Notes: a model not told the origin generated them from the sequence alone. A stretch of DNA of 64,000 nucleotides from Pseudomonadota bacterium (GCA_036139795.1 JAYZYX010000038.1:23316-87315); one strand, 5' to 3'. Counted from the first letter of the stretch, positions 1 to 10,438 are shown. A program made the numbers and translations.

Positions 1-488
1 CTGGCTACAAGCAGTTGATGGAGAAGTTCGGCCACACACAAGAACGTCTGGCTGAGGCGCTTGGCAAAAGCCGTAGCTATATCGCGAACTCGATGCGCTT
101 GCTGCAACTGCCTGAGGACGTGATTGATCACCTGCAAGAAGGTCGCTTGTCGACCGGTCACGCCCGTGCACTGATCACCAGTGATCATGCGTCGGAGCTG
201 GCCAAGCAGATCGTGGTCCGTGGGCTCTCGGTTCGTGACACGGAACGTCTTGTGAAGAAGGCCGCGCAGGGCGAAACCGCACCGAAGCCGCGCCAGGAAA
301 AGATGGTTAAGGCCAAAGGTGAAAAGGATGCTGACACCATCGCGCTGGAAGGCGATCTGTCGGCAGCTTTGGGAATGCGCGTTTCGGTGGACCACAAAGA
401 GGGCACCGAAGAAGGCACGATCACTGTGAAATACGCATCGCTCGACCAGTTGGACGAGATTTGCCGCCGCCTGAGCGCGGTGGAATAA
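1..488 (+). CDS. parB: Chromosome partitioning protein ParB, C-terminal part (gene starts upstream of the window)
   Basis: The ORF runs off the 5' edge. It contains the HTH segment QERLAEALGKSRSYIANSMRLLQLP and GHARALI, both typical of ParB/Spo0J, followed by a charged linker and a C-terminal dimerisation tail. Confidence 0.85.
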   Translation, partial: GYKQLMEKFGHTQERLAEALGKSRSYIANSMRLLQLPEDVIDHLQEGRLSTGHARALITSDHASELAKQIVVRGLSVRDTERLVKKAAQGETAPKPRQEKMVKAKGEKDADTIALEGDLSAALGMRVSVDHKEGTEEGTITVKYASLDQLDEICRRLSAVE

Positions 489-491
489 GCG

Positions 492-845
492 TTAAAAGCT
501 TGGGCGGGTCCAGATGAAAATCAGGACCGCCCCTAAGGTCACCGCCTGAATGCCCAGTAGCATCGGCCGCAGACCCATAAACACCGAAATCGAAAAGACG
601 ATCACGATCGACAAAGTCGCGGCGCGTTTGCCTAAAGGGCTGATCGCGCCGCTGCGTTGCCAATCCGCGATGGCGGGGCCAAAGATGCGGTGACCGACCA
701 GCCACGCGTGCATCCGTTCAGAGCTGCGGGCAAAGCAGAACGCCGCCAGCAGCATGAATGGAACGGTGGGAAGTAGGGGAACGACGACCCCGATCAGGCC
801 AAGCCCAAGGCAGAGAATTCCAAAGGTGAACCAGATCGGGCGCAT
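492..845 (-). CDS. YbaN/DUF454 family small inner-membrane protein
   Basis: 117 aa and very hydrophobic. The motif PLLPTVPFMLLAAFCFARSS is characteristic of the DUF454 family. Confidence 0.7.
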   Translation of the reverse strand: MRPIWFTFGILCLGLGLIGVVVPLLPTVPFMLLAAFCFARSSERMHAWLVGHRIFGPAIADWQRSGAISPLGKRAATLSIVIVFSISVFMGLRPMLLGIQAVTLGAVLIFIWTRPSF

Positions 846-848
846 CAG

Positions 849-2015
849 TTAATCCAGTAGCAGTTCTGCGATGACCGCATTCAAGACCAGACGGCCTTGG
901 TGCGTAGCCTTAACATAGGACGATTCCACAGTAATCATCCCCATTTGCTCAAGATCTTTCAGTGTCGCAGGGTCCAGCGGTTTGCCACCCAGAGCCTCAA
1001 ATCGTGCCATATCTACTCCCTCTGTCAGGCGTAGACACATCATAAGGTACTCATTGGCTTGTTCAGTGGGGCTGATCGGATCGAACAATTTTTCGCCAGT
1101 GCCTTGTTTGACGGCCTCGAGCCATTTGCCGGGCTGTTTGAAGGTATCGCTGGCGTGACGCTGGCCGTTGATGGTCACGCGCCCGTGGGCACCGGGACCG
1201 ACGCCTACATAATCCCCGTAGTGCCAGTAGATCAAGTTGTGGCGGCTTTCTGCGCCGGGGCGGGCGTAGTTCGAGACCTCATAGTCATAAAGGCCAAACT
1301 CTGCGCAAATCTCGCGGGTAACTTCGTACATGTCCGCCGCGTCGTCGTCGTGGGGCAGGCCGCGCAGAAGGCCGCGTTCAAAACGGTCACCGAAGGCAGT
1401 GCCGGCCTCGATCGTCAGTTGGTAGAGCGACAGGTGATCGCCAGCCAAAGACAGCGCTTCGCGCAATTCGTCTTTCCAGTCGGAAAGGGTCTGATCCTGA
1501 CGGGCATAGATCAGATCAAAGCTGACGCGGTTAAAGCAGTTCTTGGCGATTTCAAACGCGCGGCGACCTTCCTCGACCGAATGCAAACGGCCCAGGCGGC
1601 GCAGGTCTTCGGCCCGTAGGCTTTGCAGCCCCATGCTGACGCGGTTCACACCAGCTTCGGCATAGGCGCGGAAACGGCCTGCCTCGACCGAAGTGGGGTT
1701 AGCCTCAAGGGTGATTTCTTGATCGTTGGCAGGCGTCCACAGTTGGCCGACCCTTTCAAGGATCGCGGCGACCACGTCGGGCTCCATCAGGCTGGGGGTG
1801 CCGCCGCCGAAAAAGACCGACTTCAGCACGCGGTCGGGCGTGCGTTCCGCATTGCGGTCCAGTTCGGAGAGGTAGGCGTTCAGCCACGCTTTCTGATCAA
1901 TGGATGCAGAGACGTGGCTGTTAAAGTCGCAATAGGGGCATTTGGACTGGCAGAAAGGCCAGTGGATATAAAGGCCAAAGCCCCCATTGCGCCAATCTTC
2001 GGGCAGGTCAGCCAA
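849..2015 (-). CDS. hemW: Radical-SAM HemN-like heme chaperone HemW
   Basis: The CxxxCxxC radical-SAM motif (FCQSKCPYCDF) is followed by a HemN_C-like tail. The gene is the last member of the conserved rph-rdgB-hemW operon and overlaps rdgB by 8 nt. Confidence 0.85.
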   Translation of the reverse strand: MADLPEDWRNGGFGLYIHWPFCQSKCPYCDFNSHVSASIDQKAWLNAYLSELDRNAERTPDRVLKSVFFGGGTPSLMEPDVVAAILERVGQLWTPANDQEITLEANPTSVEAGRFRAYAEAGVNRVSMGLQSLRAEDLRRLGRLHSVEEGRRAFEIAKNCFNRVSFDLIYARQDQTLSDWKDELREALSLAGDHLSLYQLTIEAGTAFGDRFERGLLRGLPHDDDAADMYEVTREICAEFGLYDYEVSNYARPGAESRHNLIYWHYGDYVGVGPGAHGRVTINGQRHASDTFKQPGKWLEAVKQGTGEKLFDPISPTEQANEYLMMCLRLTEGVDMARFEALGGKPLDPATLKDLEQMGMITVESSYVKATHQGRLVLNAVIAELLLD

Positions 2016-2619
2016 AGCAACCTGCCATAAGCTTTTTCAGGGCATCGGCGCGGTGGCTGATGCGGTTCTTTTCGTCGGGGTCCATTTCGCCCAGAGTGAT
2101 GTCGTAGCCCTCGGGCATAAAGATCGGATCATAGCCGTGACCTTCCGCGCCGCGCATCGGCCAGACAAAGCGGCCTTCGATTTTACCTTCGAAGACCTCG
2201 TCATGACCATCGGGCCAAGCCAGAACCAGCGTGCAGCAAAAGCGGCAGGTGCGGGGTTCGGGGGCGTTCTTCTCTTCCAAGAGGTTGTAAGTCTTGGTCA
2301 TCGCCATGACGAAATCGCGGCCGTTTGGGGTTTCCGACCAGTCGGCGGTGTAGACGCCGGGGGCACCGTCCAGCGCGTCCACCGCGATGCCGCTATCATC
2401 AGACAGGGCAGGCAGGCCGGTGGCCTTGGTGGCAGCATGGGCTTTGATGCGTGCGTTTTCAACAAAAGTGGTGCCGGTCTCTTCCGGTTCCGGCAGGCCC
2501 TTTTCCTTGGCGCCCACAACAGTGATGCCGTAGGGGGCCAGAAGCGCAGTCATCTCTTTCAGCTTGCCCGCGTTGTGGGTCGCGAAAAGGATGGTATCGC
2601 CGTCGAACTTGCGGGTCAT
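2008..2619 (-). CDS. rdgB: dITP/XTP pyrophosphatase (Ham1/RdgB)
   Basis: 203 aa with Ham1-family motifs ([22 protein letters not shown]). It overlaps rph by 4 nt. Confidence 0.9.
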   Translation of the reverse strand: MTRKFDGDTILFATHNAGKLKEMTALLAPYGITVVGAKEKGLPEPEETGTTFVENARIKAHAATKATGLPALSDDSGIAVDALDGAPGVYTADWSETPNGRDFVMAMTKTYNLLEEKNAPEPRTCRFCCTLVLAWPDGHDEVFEGKIEGRFVWPMRGAEGHGYDPIFMPEGYDITLGEMDPDEKNRISHRADALKKLMAGCFG

Positions 2620-3329
2620 TTGCAGGCGGCCTCTTGGGCGGCGACCAGCTCGGCGATGCCTTTGTCGGCCAGATCCAGCAGTTGGTTCATCTGGTCACGG
2701 CTGTAGGTCGCGCCTTCTGCGGACATCTGGGTCTCGATCATCTGGCCATTGCCAAGCATGACAAAGTTGCCGTCAACGCCTGCGGCGGAATCCTCGGGGT
2801 AGTCCAGATCCAGCACGGGCTGGCCTGCGTAGATGCCACAGCTAACCGCCGCGACCGGAGAGATCAGCGGATCGCTGATAATGTCGCCCGCTTTCATCAG
2901 TTTGTTCACAGCCAGACGCAGAGCCACCCAACCGCCGGTGATCGAGGCGCAGCGGGTGCCGCCGTCCGCCTGAATGACGTCACAGTCGATAGTGATCTGA
3001 CGTTCGCCCATTGCCACGCGGTCAACGCCCGCGCGCAGGCTGCGGCCGATCAGGCGCTGGATTTCGACGGTGCGGCCACCTTGTTTGCCCTGCGTTGCCT
3101 CACGGCGCATCCGCGAGCTGGTCGAGCGGGGCAGCATACCATATTCGGCAGTGACCCAACCCAGGCCCGAACCCTTGACGAAGGGGGGGACGCGCTCTTC
3201 CAAGGTGGCGGTGCAAAGCACATGGGTGTCGCCCACTTTGATCAGGCAGCTGCCCTCGGCGTGCTTGGTCACATTGGTTTCAATTGAAATCGGGCGCATT
3301 TCGTTTAGGTCACGTCCAGAAGGTCGCAT
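2616..3329 (-). CDS. rph: Ribonuclease PH
   Basis: Typical RNase PH sequence beginning MRPSGR. I chose the internal ATG, which gives 237 aa; the ORF-track start at 3386 adds 19 non-conserved residues. Confidence 0.93.
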   Translation of the reverse strand: MRPSGRDLNEMRPISIETNVTKHAEGSCLIKVGDTHVLCTATLEERVPPFVKGSGLGWVTAEYGMLPRSTSSRMRREATQGKQGGRTVEIQRLIGRSLRAGVDRVAMGERQITIDCDVIQADGGTRCASITGGWVALRLAVNKLMKAGDIISDPLISPVAAVSCGIYAGQPVLDLDYPEDSAAGVDGNFVMLGNGQMIETQMSAEGATYSRDQMNQLLDLADKGIAELVAAQEAACK

Positions 3330-3392
3330 AATAATTCCCCTTGTTCTGTTGCTTTCCGCATACGCGTCCACCGCCAAGGGTGGCAACCCCGA

Positions 3393-3421
3393 TTGACGAT
3401 TTCCTCAGGGCGATTTTTTAT
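3393..3421 (+). promoter_or_regulatory. Candidate promoter of hrcA-grpE (TTGACG-N17-TTTTAT)
   Basis: TTGACG lies at 3393-3398 and a T/A-rich hexamer follows 17 nt later. An AAGGAG Shine-Dalgarno at 3430-3435 sits 8 nt before the ATG at 3444. Confidence 0.3.
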
Positions 3422-3443
3422 AGGCCGTAAGGAGTCCCATACG

Positions 3444-4514
3444 ATGCAAGATGCAGGCAATATCCTAGAACAGATGAACGACCGCTCGCGCGAGGTTTTT
3501 CGCCGTGTGGTCGAAGGCTATCTGGAAACCGGCGGGCCGATCGGCAGCCGGACCCTGACCCGCTCGATGAACGAAAAGGTCAGCGCGGCAACCATTCGCA
3601 ACGTGATGCAGGACCTTGAGTATCTGGGCCTGTTGGGCAGCCCCCATATCAGCGCGGGGCGGGTTCCGACACAAACGGGCCTGCGGATGTTTGTTGATGG
3701 ATTGCTTGAGGTAACTCCGCCAAGTGACGATGATCGCGAGAAAATTAACGCAACGCTTGGCGGGAACAGTGACGATGTCGGCACCATGCTGGATCGGATC
3801 GGAAATGCCCTGTCCGGTGTGACGCGCGGCGCAAGTCTGGTGCTGGCCCCCAAACACGAAGCGCCCATCAAGCATATTGAGTTCGTCAGCCTTAGTGCCG
3901 AACGCGCCTTGGTGGTTCTGGTCTTTGGCGACGGGCACGTGGAAAACCGCGTCTTTACCCCGCCACCGGGTCAAACCCCCAGCAGCATGCGCGAGGCCGC
4001 GAATTTCCTGAACGCGCTGGTCGAAGGCAAAACCCTGTCGGATATCCGCCGCGACATGCGCCAACAGATCACCGCCCGCCGGCAAGAGATTGACGTGCTG
4101 GCCCATGCGCTGGTGGAAAGCGGGTTGGCGGTTTGGTCTGAGAACACTGATGAGCCGGACCGCTTGATCGTTCGTGGCCGCTCGAATCTGCTAGAGGATC
4201 AGGGCGAGGCCGAGGATCTGGAACGTATCCGCGTGCTGTTTGACGATCTGGAACGCAAGCGCGACATCGCCGAATTTCTGGACCTGACGGAATCCGGCGA
4301 AGGTGTGCGCATTTTTATTGGCTCTGAGAACAGACTTTTTTCACTTTCGGGTTCCTCTCTGGTGGTCTCTCCTTATATGAACGCTGACCGTAAGATTATT
4401 GGAGCGGTGGGGGTCATCGGACCCACGCGCTTGAACTATGGACGGATCGTGCCCCTTGTGGACTACACAGCGCAGCTGGTGGGGCGGATGATCTCGGACC
4501 GGACTGAGAGGTAG
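3444..4514 (+). CDS. hrcA: Heat-inducible transcription repressor HrcA
   Basis: N-terminal winged-helix region (REVFRRVVEGYLETGGPIGSRTL) and a full-length HrcA-like body. The start was set at the ATG with a good SD. grpE follows 4 nt downstream. Confidence 0.9.
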   Translation: MQDAGNILEQMNDRSREVFRRVVEGYLETGGPIGSRTLTRSMNEKVSAATIRNVMQDLEYLGLLGSPHISAGRVPTQTGLRMFVDGLLEVTPPSDDDREKINATLGGNSDDVGTMLDRIGNALSGVTRGASLVLAPKHEAPIKHIEFVSLSAERALVVLVFGDGHVENRVFTPPPGQTPSSMREAANFLNALVEGKTLSDIRRDMRQQITARRQEIDVLAHALVESGLAVWSENTDEPDRLIVRGRSNLLEDQGEAEDLERIRVLFDDLERKRDIAEFLDLTESGEGVRIFIGSENRLFSLSGSSLVVSPYMNADRKIIGAVGVIGPTRLNYGRIVPLVDYTAQLVGRMISDRTER

Positions 4515-4518
4515 AAAT

Positions 4519-5088
4519 ATGGCTGAGCCCAAGAACGACGATTTTTTGGATGATGTCGAAGCAGCAGAAGCCGAAGCCTTTGCCGAAGACGCGGCAGAGT
4601 TCGACGGTGCCGACGTAGAAGTTGACGAACTGGAAGCCACCCGCGCCGAGCGGGATGACTTCAAGGATCGTTACATGCGCGCGCTGGCCGATGCGGACAA
4701 CTCGCGCAAGCGTGCCGACAAAGAGCGTCGCGATGCCGAGAAGTACGGCAGCACCCGTCTGGCCCGCGACCTGCTGGGGGTTTACGACAACCTGCAGCGT
4801 GCGCTGAAGGCGGCGGAAGAAACCTCGAAAGAGGATAACGCTGTTCTGATCGAAGGCGTGGAACTGACCCTGCGCGAGCTGAACAACATTTTCAGCAAGC
4901 ATGGTCTTCAGGTGATCGAACCTGCCGTGGGCGAAGTGTTCGATGCCAACATCCACGAAGCGATGTTTGAGGCCCCCGTGCCGAACACCAAAAAGGGCGA
5001 GATCATTCAGGTCAGCGCCGTTGGTTTCATGCTGCACGACCGTCTGCTGCGGGCGGCTCAGGTTGGCGTTTCGTCGAACCCTGCCTAA
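4519..5088 (+). CDS. grpE: Nucleotide exchange factor GrpE
   Basis: Acidic N-terminus, a coiled-coil region (RYMRALADADNSRKRADKE) and a GrpE C-terminal beta domain. Confidence 0.9.
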   Translation: MAEPKNDDFLDDVEAAEAEAFAEDAAEFDGADVEVDELEATRAERDDFKDRYMRALADADNSRKRADKERRDAEKYGSTRLARDLLGVYDNLQRALKAAEETSKEDNAVLIEGVELTLRELNNIFSKHGLQVIEPAVGEVFDANIHEAMFEAPVPNTKKGEIIQVSAVGFMLHDRLLRAAQVGVSSNPA

Positions 5089-5093
5089 GTCAC

Positions 5094-5109
5094 GGATTCA
5101 CGTGAAACA
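5094..5109. promoter_or_regulatory. parS-like centromere site candidate
   Basis: GGATTCACGTGAAACA matches 14 of 16 positions of the canonical TGTTTCACGTGAAACA. It is non-coding and lies 4.6 kb from the end of parB. Confidence 0.5.
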
Positions 5110-5118
5110 GAATTGGGA

Positions 5119-5146
5119 AAGCCCGCCGTTACTGGCGGGCTTTTTC
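5119..5146 (+). terminator. Intrinsic terminator of hrcA-grpE
   Basis: The GCCCGCC/GGCGGGC stem (5121-5127 and 5134-5140) is followed by TTTTT. The mutS stop codon (TAA, complement of 5129-5131) lies in the loop. Confidence 0.7.
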
Positions 5147-7771
5147 TTTGAGGTCGTAGAGGATTTGCAGCGCCTCGCGCGGGGTCAGCTCATCCGGGTG
5201 GATGGCCTCTAGCGCGTCCAGGACAGGCGAGGGCGCAGGCTTTGCCGCAGGCGGCGGGGCGGGCGGGATAGCCGCGAAAAGGGGCAGATCATCGATCAAC
5301 GCCTTTTGCTTGGTGCTGCCGCCTTGGCGTTCGCCTTCTTCCAGCGCTTCCAGAACAACGCGGGCGCGTTCCACGACGGACGCGGGCAGACCGGCTAGTC
5401 GGGCGACCTGCACACCATAGCTGCGGTCGGCAGCGCCGCGGCGCACTTCGTGCAGGAAGATGACTTCGCCTTCCCATTCCTTCACCGCAACAGTGGCGTT
5501 TTCCACACCGTCCAGCTTTTCCGACAAAGCGGTCATCTCGTGATAGTGCGTCGCGAACAGGGCGCGGCTGCGGTTCACGTCGTGCAGATGTTCAAGCGTG
5601 GCCCAAGCAATGGACAGACCGTCATAGGTGGCGGTGCCGCGTCCGATCTCATCAAGGATCACCAGCGCGCGGTCGTCGGCTTGGTTCAGGATCGCGGCTG
5701 TCTCGACCATCTCGACCATGAAGGTGGATCGGCCACGGGCCAGATCGTCCGAGGCCCCGACGCGGCTGAAGATCTGGCTGACCATACCGATGTGCGCTGC
5801 GCGGGCGGGCACATAGCTGCCCATCTGCGCCAGCAGGGCGATCAGGGCGTTCTGGCGTAGGAAGGTCGATTTACCGGCCATGTTTGGACCGGTGATCAAC
5901 CAGACTGCCGCGCCATCGCGTGCGGTCAGTTCACAGTCATTCGCGATAAAGGGCGCACCGTCTGCCTTTAGCGCAGCCTCAACCACCGGATGGCGGCCGC
6001 CTTCGATGTAGAAGGTGCGGCTATCGTCGATTTTGGGGCGGCACCAGATTTCGGCGCGGGCCACATCGGCAACGGCGGTGGTCAGGTCCAACTCGGCCAA
6101 AGCGCGGGCCATGTTGCCCAAGGGCGCTGCCTGATCAAGGATCGCTTGGCGCAGCACTTCGAACAAACGCTTTTCAATTTCCAGCGCACGACCGCCCGCG
6201 TTCAGAATGCGGGTCTCAAGGTCTGACAGTTCCACGGTCGTGAAACGCAGGGCGTTGGCGGTGGTCTGACGGTGGATAAAGCGATCGCCCATCGCCAGCA
6301 TCTTTTCCCCGTGGGTCGAGGTCACTTCGATGAAGTAGCCAAGCACGTTGTTATGCTTGATCTTCATGCTGTTGATGCCGGTCTCTTCCGAATACTGCGC
6401 CTGAAGTCCCGCGATTACGCCGCGCCCTTCGTCGCGCAGTTGGCGGGCGTCATCCAGTTCCGTGTCATAGCCGGGGGCGATGAAACCGCCGTCGCGGGCC
6501 AGCAGGGGCGGCTCGGCCACCAGTGCTTGGTCCAGCAGATCCAGCAGTTCGTCCTGACCTTGCAGCAGGGCGGTTGTCTCGGTCAGCAGAGCGGGCAGGT
6601 CCAGCGGGGTCAGCGTGGCGGCAAGGTCCAGCGCCTGACCAATCGCGTTCCGGATCGAGGCCAGATCGCGCGGCCCCGCGCGGTCCAGCGACAGACGCGA
6701 CAGGGCGCGGTCCAGATCAGGCACGCGGCGCAGGCTATCGCGCAGACGGTTGGCGAGCGTGCTATTGTCCACCGCATAGGTCACAGCTTCTTGGCGTCCG
6801 TGGATTTCATCCAATACGCGCGAAGGCGCAGACAAACGCCGTTCCAGCAAACGCCCGCCACCTGCGGTCACCGTGCGATCCACCACCGACAGCAGCGATC
6901 CCTGACGGCCCCCTGCCAAAGCGCGGGTCAGCTCCAAGTTTCGACGGGTCGAGGCATCGATCTGCACAACCCGATCCTGCGCTTCACGCACGGGCGGGCG
7001 CAGCAGGGGCAGTTGGCCTTTCTGGGTGATGTCCAGATATTCGACGATGGCCCCAAGGGCCGACAGTTCCGCCCGCGTGAAACTGCCAAAGGCGTCCAGC
7101 GTGTCCACTTTGTAAAGGCTGCACAGGCGCCCTTCGGCAGCGGTACTGTCAAACGCGGCACGGCCTAAGGGGGTCAGCGATGCGCCGTTGTCCTCAATCA
7201 CCTCGGCCCACGCTTCTTCGCGGTTGTCGCACAGCAGGACTTCGCGCGGCATCAGACGGGCCAGTTCCGGCCCGATGCGGACCTCGGGCAGGGACAGCAC
7301 GCGCAGCTCGCCGGTCGAGATATCGGAGTAGGCCAGCGCCACGTCGCCGCGCACTTCGGTCAGGGCGGCCAGATAGTTGTGACGGCGGGCCTCTAGCAGT
7401 GAATCCTCGGTCAGGGTGCCCGGCGTCACCAGACGCACGACGCCCCGTTTCACGACGGACTTCGATCCGCGCTTTTTGGCCTCGGCGGGGTCTTCCATCT
7501 GTTCACAGACGGCGACGCGAAATCCTTTGCGGATCAGCGTCAGCAGATAACCCTCGGCCGCATGGACCGGCACGCCGCACATGGGAATGTCTTCGCCCGC
7601 GTGCTTGCCCCGTTTGGTCAGGGCAATGTCCAGCGCCTCAGAGGCGGCAACGGCATCGTCAAAGAACAGCTCGTAGAAATCGCCCATCCGGTAGAACAGA
7701 AGCGATCCGGGATGGGCCTCTTTGATCTCCAGATATTGCGCCATCATGGGCGTTACGCCGGTCGCTGCCAT
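5129..7771 (-). CDS. mutS: DNA mismatch repair protein MutS
   Basis: 880 aa with an N-terminal mismatch-binding motif (GDFYELF), Walker A (GPNMAGKST) and the C-terminal MutS ATPase domain. Confidence 0.95.
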   Translation of the reverse strand: MAATGVTPMMAQYLEIKEAHPGSLLFYRMGDFYELFFDDAVAASEALDIALTKRGKHAGEDIPMCGVPVHAAEGYLLTLIRKGFRVAVCEQMEDPAEAKKRGSKSVVKRGVVRLVTPGTLTEDSLLEARRHNYLAALTEVRGDVALAYSDISTGELRVLSLPEVRIGPELARLMPREVLLCDNREEAWAEVIEDNGASLTPLGRAAFDSTAAEGRLCSLYKVDTLDAFGSFTRAELSALGAIVEYLDITQKGQLPLLRPPVREAQDRVVQIDASTRRNLELTRALAGGRQGSLLSVVDRTVTAGGGRLLERRLSAPSRVLDEIHGRQEAVTYAVDNSTLANRLRDSLRRVPDLDRALSRLSLDRAGPRDLASIRNAIGQALDLAATLTPLDLPALLTETTALLQGQDELLDLLDQALVAEPPLLARDGGFIAPGYDTELDDARQLRDEGRGVIAGLQAQYSEETGINSMKIKHNNVLGYFIEVTSTHGEKMLAMGDRFIHRQTTANALRFTTVELSDLETRILNAGGRALEIEKRLFEVLRQAILDQAAPLGNMARALAELDLTTAVADVARAEIWCRPKIDDSRTFYIEGGRHPVVEAALKADGAPFIANDCELTARDGAAVWLITGPNMAGKSTFLRQNALIALLAQMGSYVPARAAHIGMVSQIFSRVGASDDLARGRSTFMVEMVETAAILNQADDRALVILDEIGRGTATYDGLSIAWATLEHLHDVNRSRALFATHYHEMTALSEKLDGVENATVAVKEWEGEVIFLHEVRRGAADRSYGVQVARLAGLPASVVERARVVLEALEEGERQGGSTKQKALIDDLPLFAAIPPAPPPAAKPAPSPVLDALEAIHPDELTPREALQILYDLKEKARQ

Positions 7772-8053
7772 CGTGCCTGTCGTCCTTTGCGGCTATCGTT
7801 CACGCGGGGATACCGTGTCAAAGCTCGCATCGAAAGGCAAATCGAAGGCGCTTCGTTTCAGCCCTTCTTTGGGTAACTAAATTACAAAATAGGAACCAAA
7901 ACAGAAATTATATGTTGCAAATCCTTGCCGCAACTGCGAAATCGCAAATCAAATACAAGGTTTCGGCCAGCGTTAGCGCAACCATTGCGGCGTCCCTGTT
8001 GTGGGCAGGACACCAAAGCGTTAACCACCGCTGCGCCCAAAGAGGATACCAAG

Positions 8054-10309
8054 ATGTCGAAGAACAAAGTCACCCGTGAAGAAGCTCTGGCCTTTCACCT
8101 GAACCCCAGCCCCGGCAAGTTCGAGGTGACTGCGACTGTCCCCATGACCACTCAGCGCGATCTGAGCCTTGCTTATTCGCCCGGTGTGGCCGTGCCCTGT
8201 GAAGAAATCGCCCGCAACCCCGAGACCGCCTACGACTATACGACCAAGGGGAACCTTGTGGCGGTGATCTCGAACGGGACGGCGGTTCTGGGTCTTGGCA
8301 ACCTTGGTGCGCTGGCGTCAAAGCCGGTGATGGAAGGCAAGTCGGTGCTGTTCAAGCGCTTTGCCGACGTGAACTCGATCGACCTTGAGCTGGACACCGA
8401 AGATCCCGAAGCCTTCATCAATGCCGTGAAACTGATGGGCCCGACCTTTGGCGGCATCAACCTGGAAGACATCAAGGCGCCCGAATGCTTCATCATCGAG
8501 CAGCGCCTGAAAGAAGAGATGGACATTCCCGTCTTCCACGACGACCAGCACGGCACCGCCGTGATCTGCGCCGCCGGTCTGATCAACGCCCTGCACATCA
8601 GCGGCAAAAAGATCGAAGATGTGAAGATCGTTCTGAACGGTGCCGGTGCGGCGGGTATCGCGTGTATCGAACTGCTGAAATCCATGGGCGCGCGCCATGA
8701 GAACTGCATCGTCTGTGACACCAAAGGCGTCATCTATCAGGGCCGCACCGAAGGCATGAACCAGTGGAAATCGGCGCATGCGGTGAAAACCGACCTGCGT
8801 ACACTGGAAGAGGCGATGAACGGCGCGGACGTCTTTCTTGGCGTTTCGGTCAAAGGCGCAGTAACCCCCGAGATGGTCGCCGCCATGGCAGATGATCCGG
8901 TCATCTTCGCAATGGCGAACCCCGACCCCGAGATTACGCCGGAAGAGGCGCAGGCCGTTCGCGCCGATGCCATCGTGGCGACTGGCCGCAGCGACTATCC
9001 GAACCAGGTGAACAACGTTCTAGGCTTCCCCTACCTTTTCCGCGGTGCGCTGGACATCCACGCCCGCGCGATCAACGATGAGATGAAAATCGCCTGCGCC
9101 GAGGCTCTGGCCGAACTGGCCCGCGAAGACGTGCCGGATGAAGTAGCGATGGCCTATGGCCGCAAACTGTCCTTTGGCCGTGACTATATCATCCCGACCC
9201 CCTTCGATCCCCGCCTGATCTACCGCATCCCGCCCGCCGTGGCGAAAGCGGGTATGGACACCGGCGCGGCCCGCCGTCCCATCGTGGATATGGAGGCCTA
9301 TGAGGTCTCGCTCAAATCCCGCATGGACCCAACCGCCAGCATCCTGCGTGGCATCCACGCCCGCGCGAAGGCGGCGCAGGCCCGCATGATCTTCGCCGAG
9401 GGCGACGATCCCCGCGTGCTGCGTGCCGCTGTGCAGTACCAGCGGTCCGGTTTGGGTAAGGCCTTGGTGGTTGGCCGCGAAAACGACGTGAAGGAAAAGC
9501 TGGAAGCGGCCGGCATGGGCGATGCCTACCGCGAGCTGGAGATCGTCAACGCGGCGAACACCCGCTATCTGGATCAGTACAAAGACTTCCTCTACCAGCG
9601 CCTGCAGCGCAAAGGCATGGACCGTCACGACATCCACCGCCTTGCTGCGCGGGATCGCCATGTGTTCTCGGCCCTGATGCTGGCCCATGGTCACGGCGAC
9701 GGTCTGGTCACTGGCGCGACCCGCAAATCGGCGCACGTACTGGAACTGATAAACCACGTCTTCGACGCAAATGCTGAAAAAGGCGCGGCTGGCGTCACTG
9801 CCTTGCTGCGCAACGGCAAAATCGTTTTGATCGCCGATACGCTGGTCCACGAATGGCCTGAAACTGAAGATCTGGCCAACATCGCCGAGCGCGCCGCAGG
9901 CGTTGCCCGCCATATGGGTCTTGAGCCCCGCGTGGCCTTCGTCAGCTTCTCGACCTTCGGCTATCCGCGCTCGGAACGCGCCGAAAAGATGCACCTTGCT
10001 CCTGCGGTTCTGGAAAAGCGCGGCGTGGATTTCGAGTTCGAAGGTGAGATGACCGTCGACGTGGCCCTGAACCCCAAGTCGGCCGAGGCCTATCCCTTCA
10101 GCCGCCTGACCGGTTCGGCGAATATTCTGGTGGTTCCGGCCCGTCACTCGGCCAGCATCTCGGTTAAGCTGATGCAGGAAATGGGCGGCGCGACGGTGAT
10201 CGGCCCGATCCTGACCGGTGTGGATCAATCGATCCAGATCTGCTCGACCAACATGACGGAAACGGACATCCTGAACATGGCCGTCCTCGCGGCCTGCAAA
10301 GTGGGCTAA
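8054..10309 (+). CDS. maeB: NADP-dependent malic enzyme (malic enzyme domain fused to a PTA-like domain)
   Basis: About 750 aa from the internal ATG (MSKNKVTREEAL). It has the malic enzyme NAD(P)-binding region and a C-terminal phosphate acetyltransferase-like domain. Confidence 0.9.
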   Translation: MSKNKVTREEALAFHLNPSPGKFEVTATVPMTTQRDLSLAYSPGVAVPCEEIARNPETAYDYTTKGNLVAVISNGTAVLGLGNLGALASKPVMEGKSVLFKRFADVNSIDLELDTEDPEAFINAVKLMGPTFGGINLEDIKAPECFIIEQRLKEEMDIPVFHDDQHGTAVICAAGLINALHISGKKIEDVKIVLNGAGAAGIACIELLKSMGARHENCIVCDTKGVIYQGRTEGMNQWKSAHAVKTDLRTLEEAMNGADVFLGVSVKGAVTPEMVAAMADDPVIFAMANPDPEITPEEAQAVRADAIVATGRSDYPNQVNNVLGFPYLFRGALDIHARAINDEMKIACAEALAELAREDVPDEVAMAYGRKLSFGRDYIIPTPFDPRLIYRIPPAVAKAGMDTGAARRPIVDMEAYEVSLKSRMDPTASILRGIHARAKAAQARMIFAEGDDPRVLRAAVQYQRSGLGKALVVGRENDVKEKLEAAGMGDAYRELEIVNAANTRYLDQYKDFLYQRLQRKGMDRHDIHRLAARDRHVFSALMLAHGHGDGLVTGATRKSAHVLELINHVFDANAEKGAAGVTALLRNGKIVLIADTLVHEWPETEDLANIAERAAGVARHMGLEPRVAFVSFSTFGYPRSERAEKMHLAPAVLEKRGVDFEFEGEMTVDVALNPKSAEAYPFSRLTGSANILVVPARHSASISVKLMQEMGGATVIGPILTGVDQSIQICSTNMTETDILNMAVLAACKVG

Positions 10310-10313
10310 CCCA

Positions 10314-10366
10314 CAAAGTTTTCTGCGAAAACTTTGCCAAAGAAAATCCTTCGCCGAAGGATTTTC
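10314..10366. repeat. Two adjacent A/T-rich perfect hairpins downstream of maeB
   Basis: The first hairpin is CAAAGTTTT-ctgcg-AAAACTTTG at 10314-10336. The second is the palindrome GAAAATCCTTCG-c-CGAAGGATTTTC at 10342-10366. Confidence 0.55.
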
Positions 10367-10386
10367 CACCCTACCGATCAACGGTT

Positions 10387-10412
10387 GTAAAACGCCCCTT
10401 TGGGGCGTTTTA
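10387..10412 (+). terminator. Intrinsic (bidirectional-looking) terminator after maeB
   Basis: AAAACGCCCC-ttt-GGGGCGTTTT is a perfect stem flanked by an A-run and a T-run. Confidence 0.7.
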
Positions 10413-10438
10413 TGCTGTTTGAAGGTAGGGGGACTGCA

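Noticed and set aside
3330-3443. Looked for a CIRCE element (TTAGCACTC-N9-GAGTGCTAA) upstream of hrcA, and also upstream of dnaK
   Set aside because: No match was seen in either region. In alphaproteobacteria CIRCE usually sits at groESL, which is not in this window.
7925-8053. N-terminal extensions in ORF-track models of maeB, and likewise rph, hrcA, rbsK, cca, dnaJ and the OMP genes
   Set aside because: The extensions are basic and low-complexity, overlap promoters or terminators, and lack an SD. Internal ATGs give canonical conserved N-termini.
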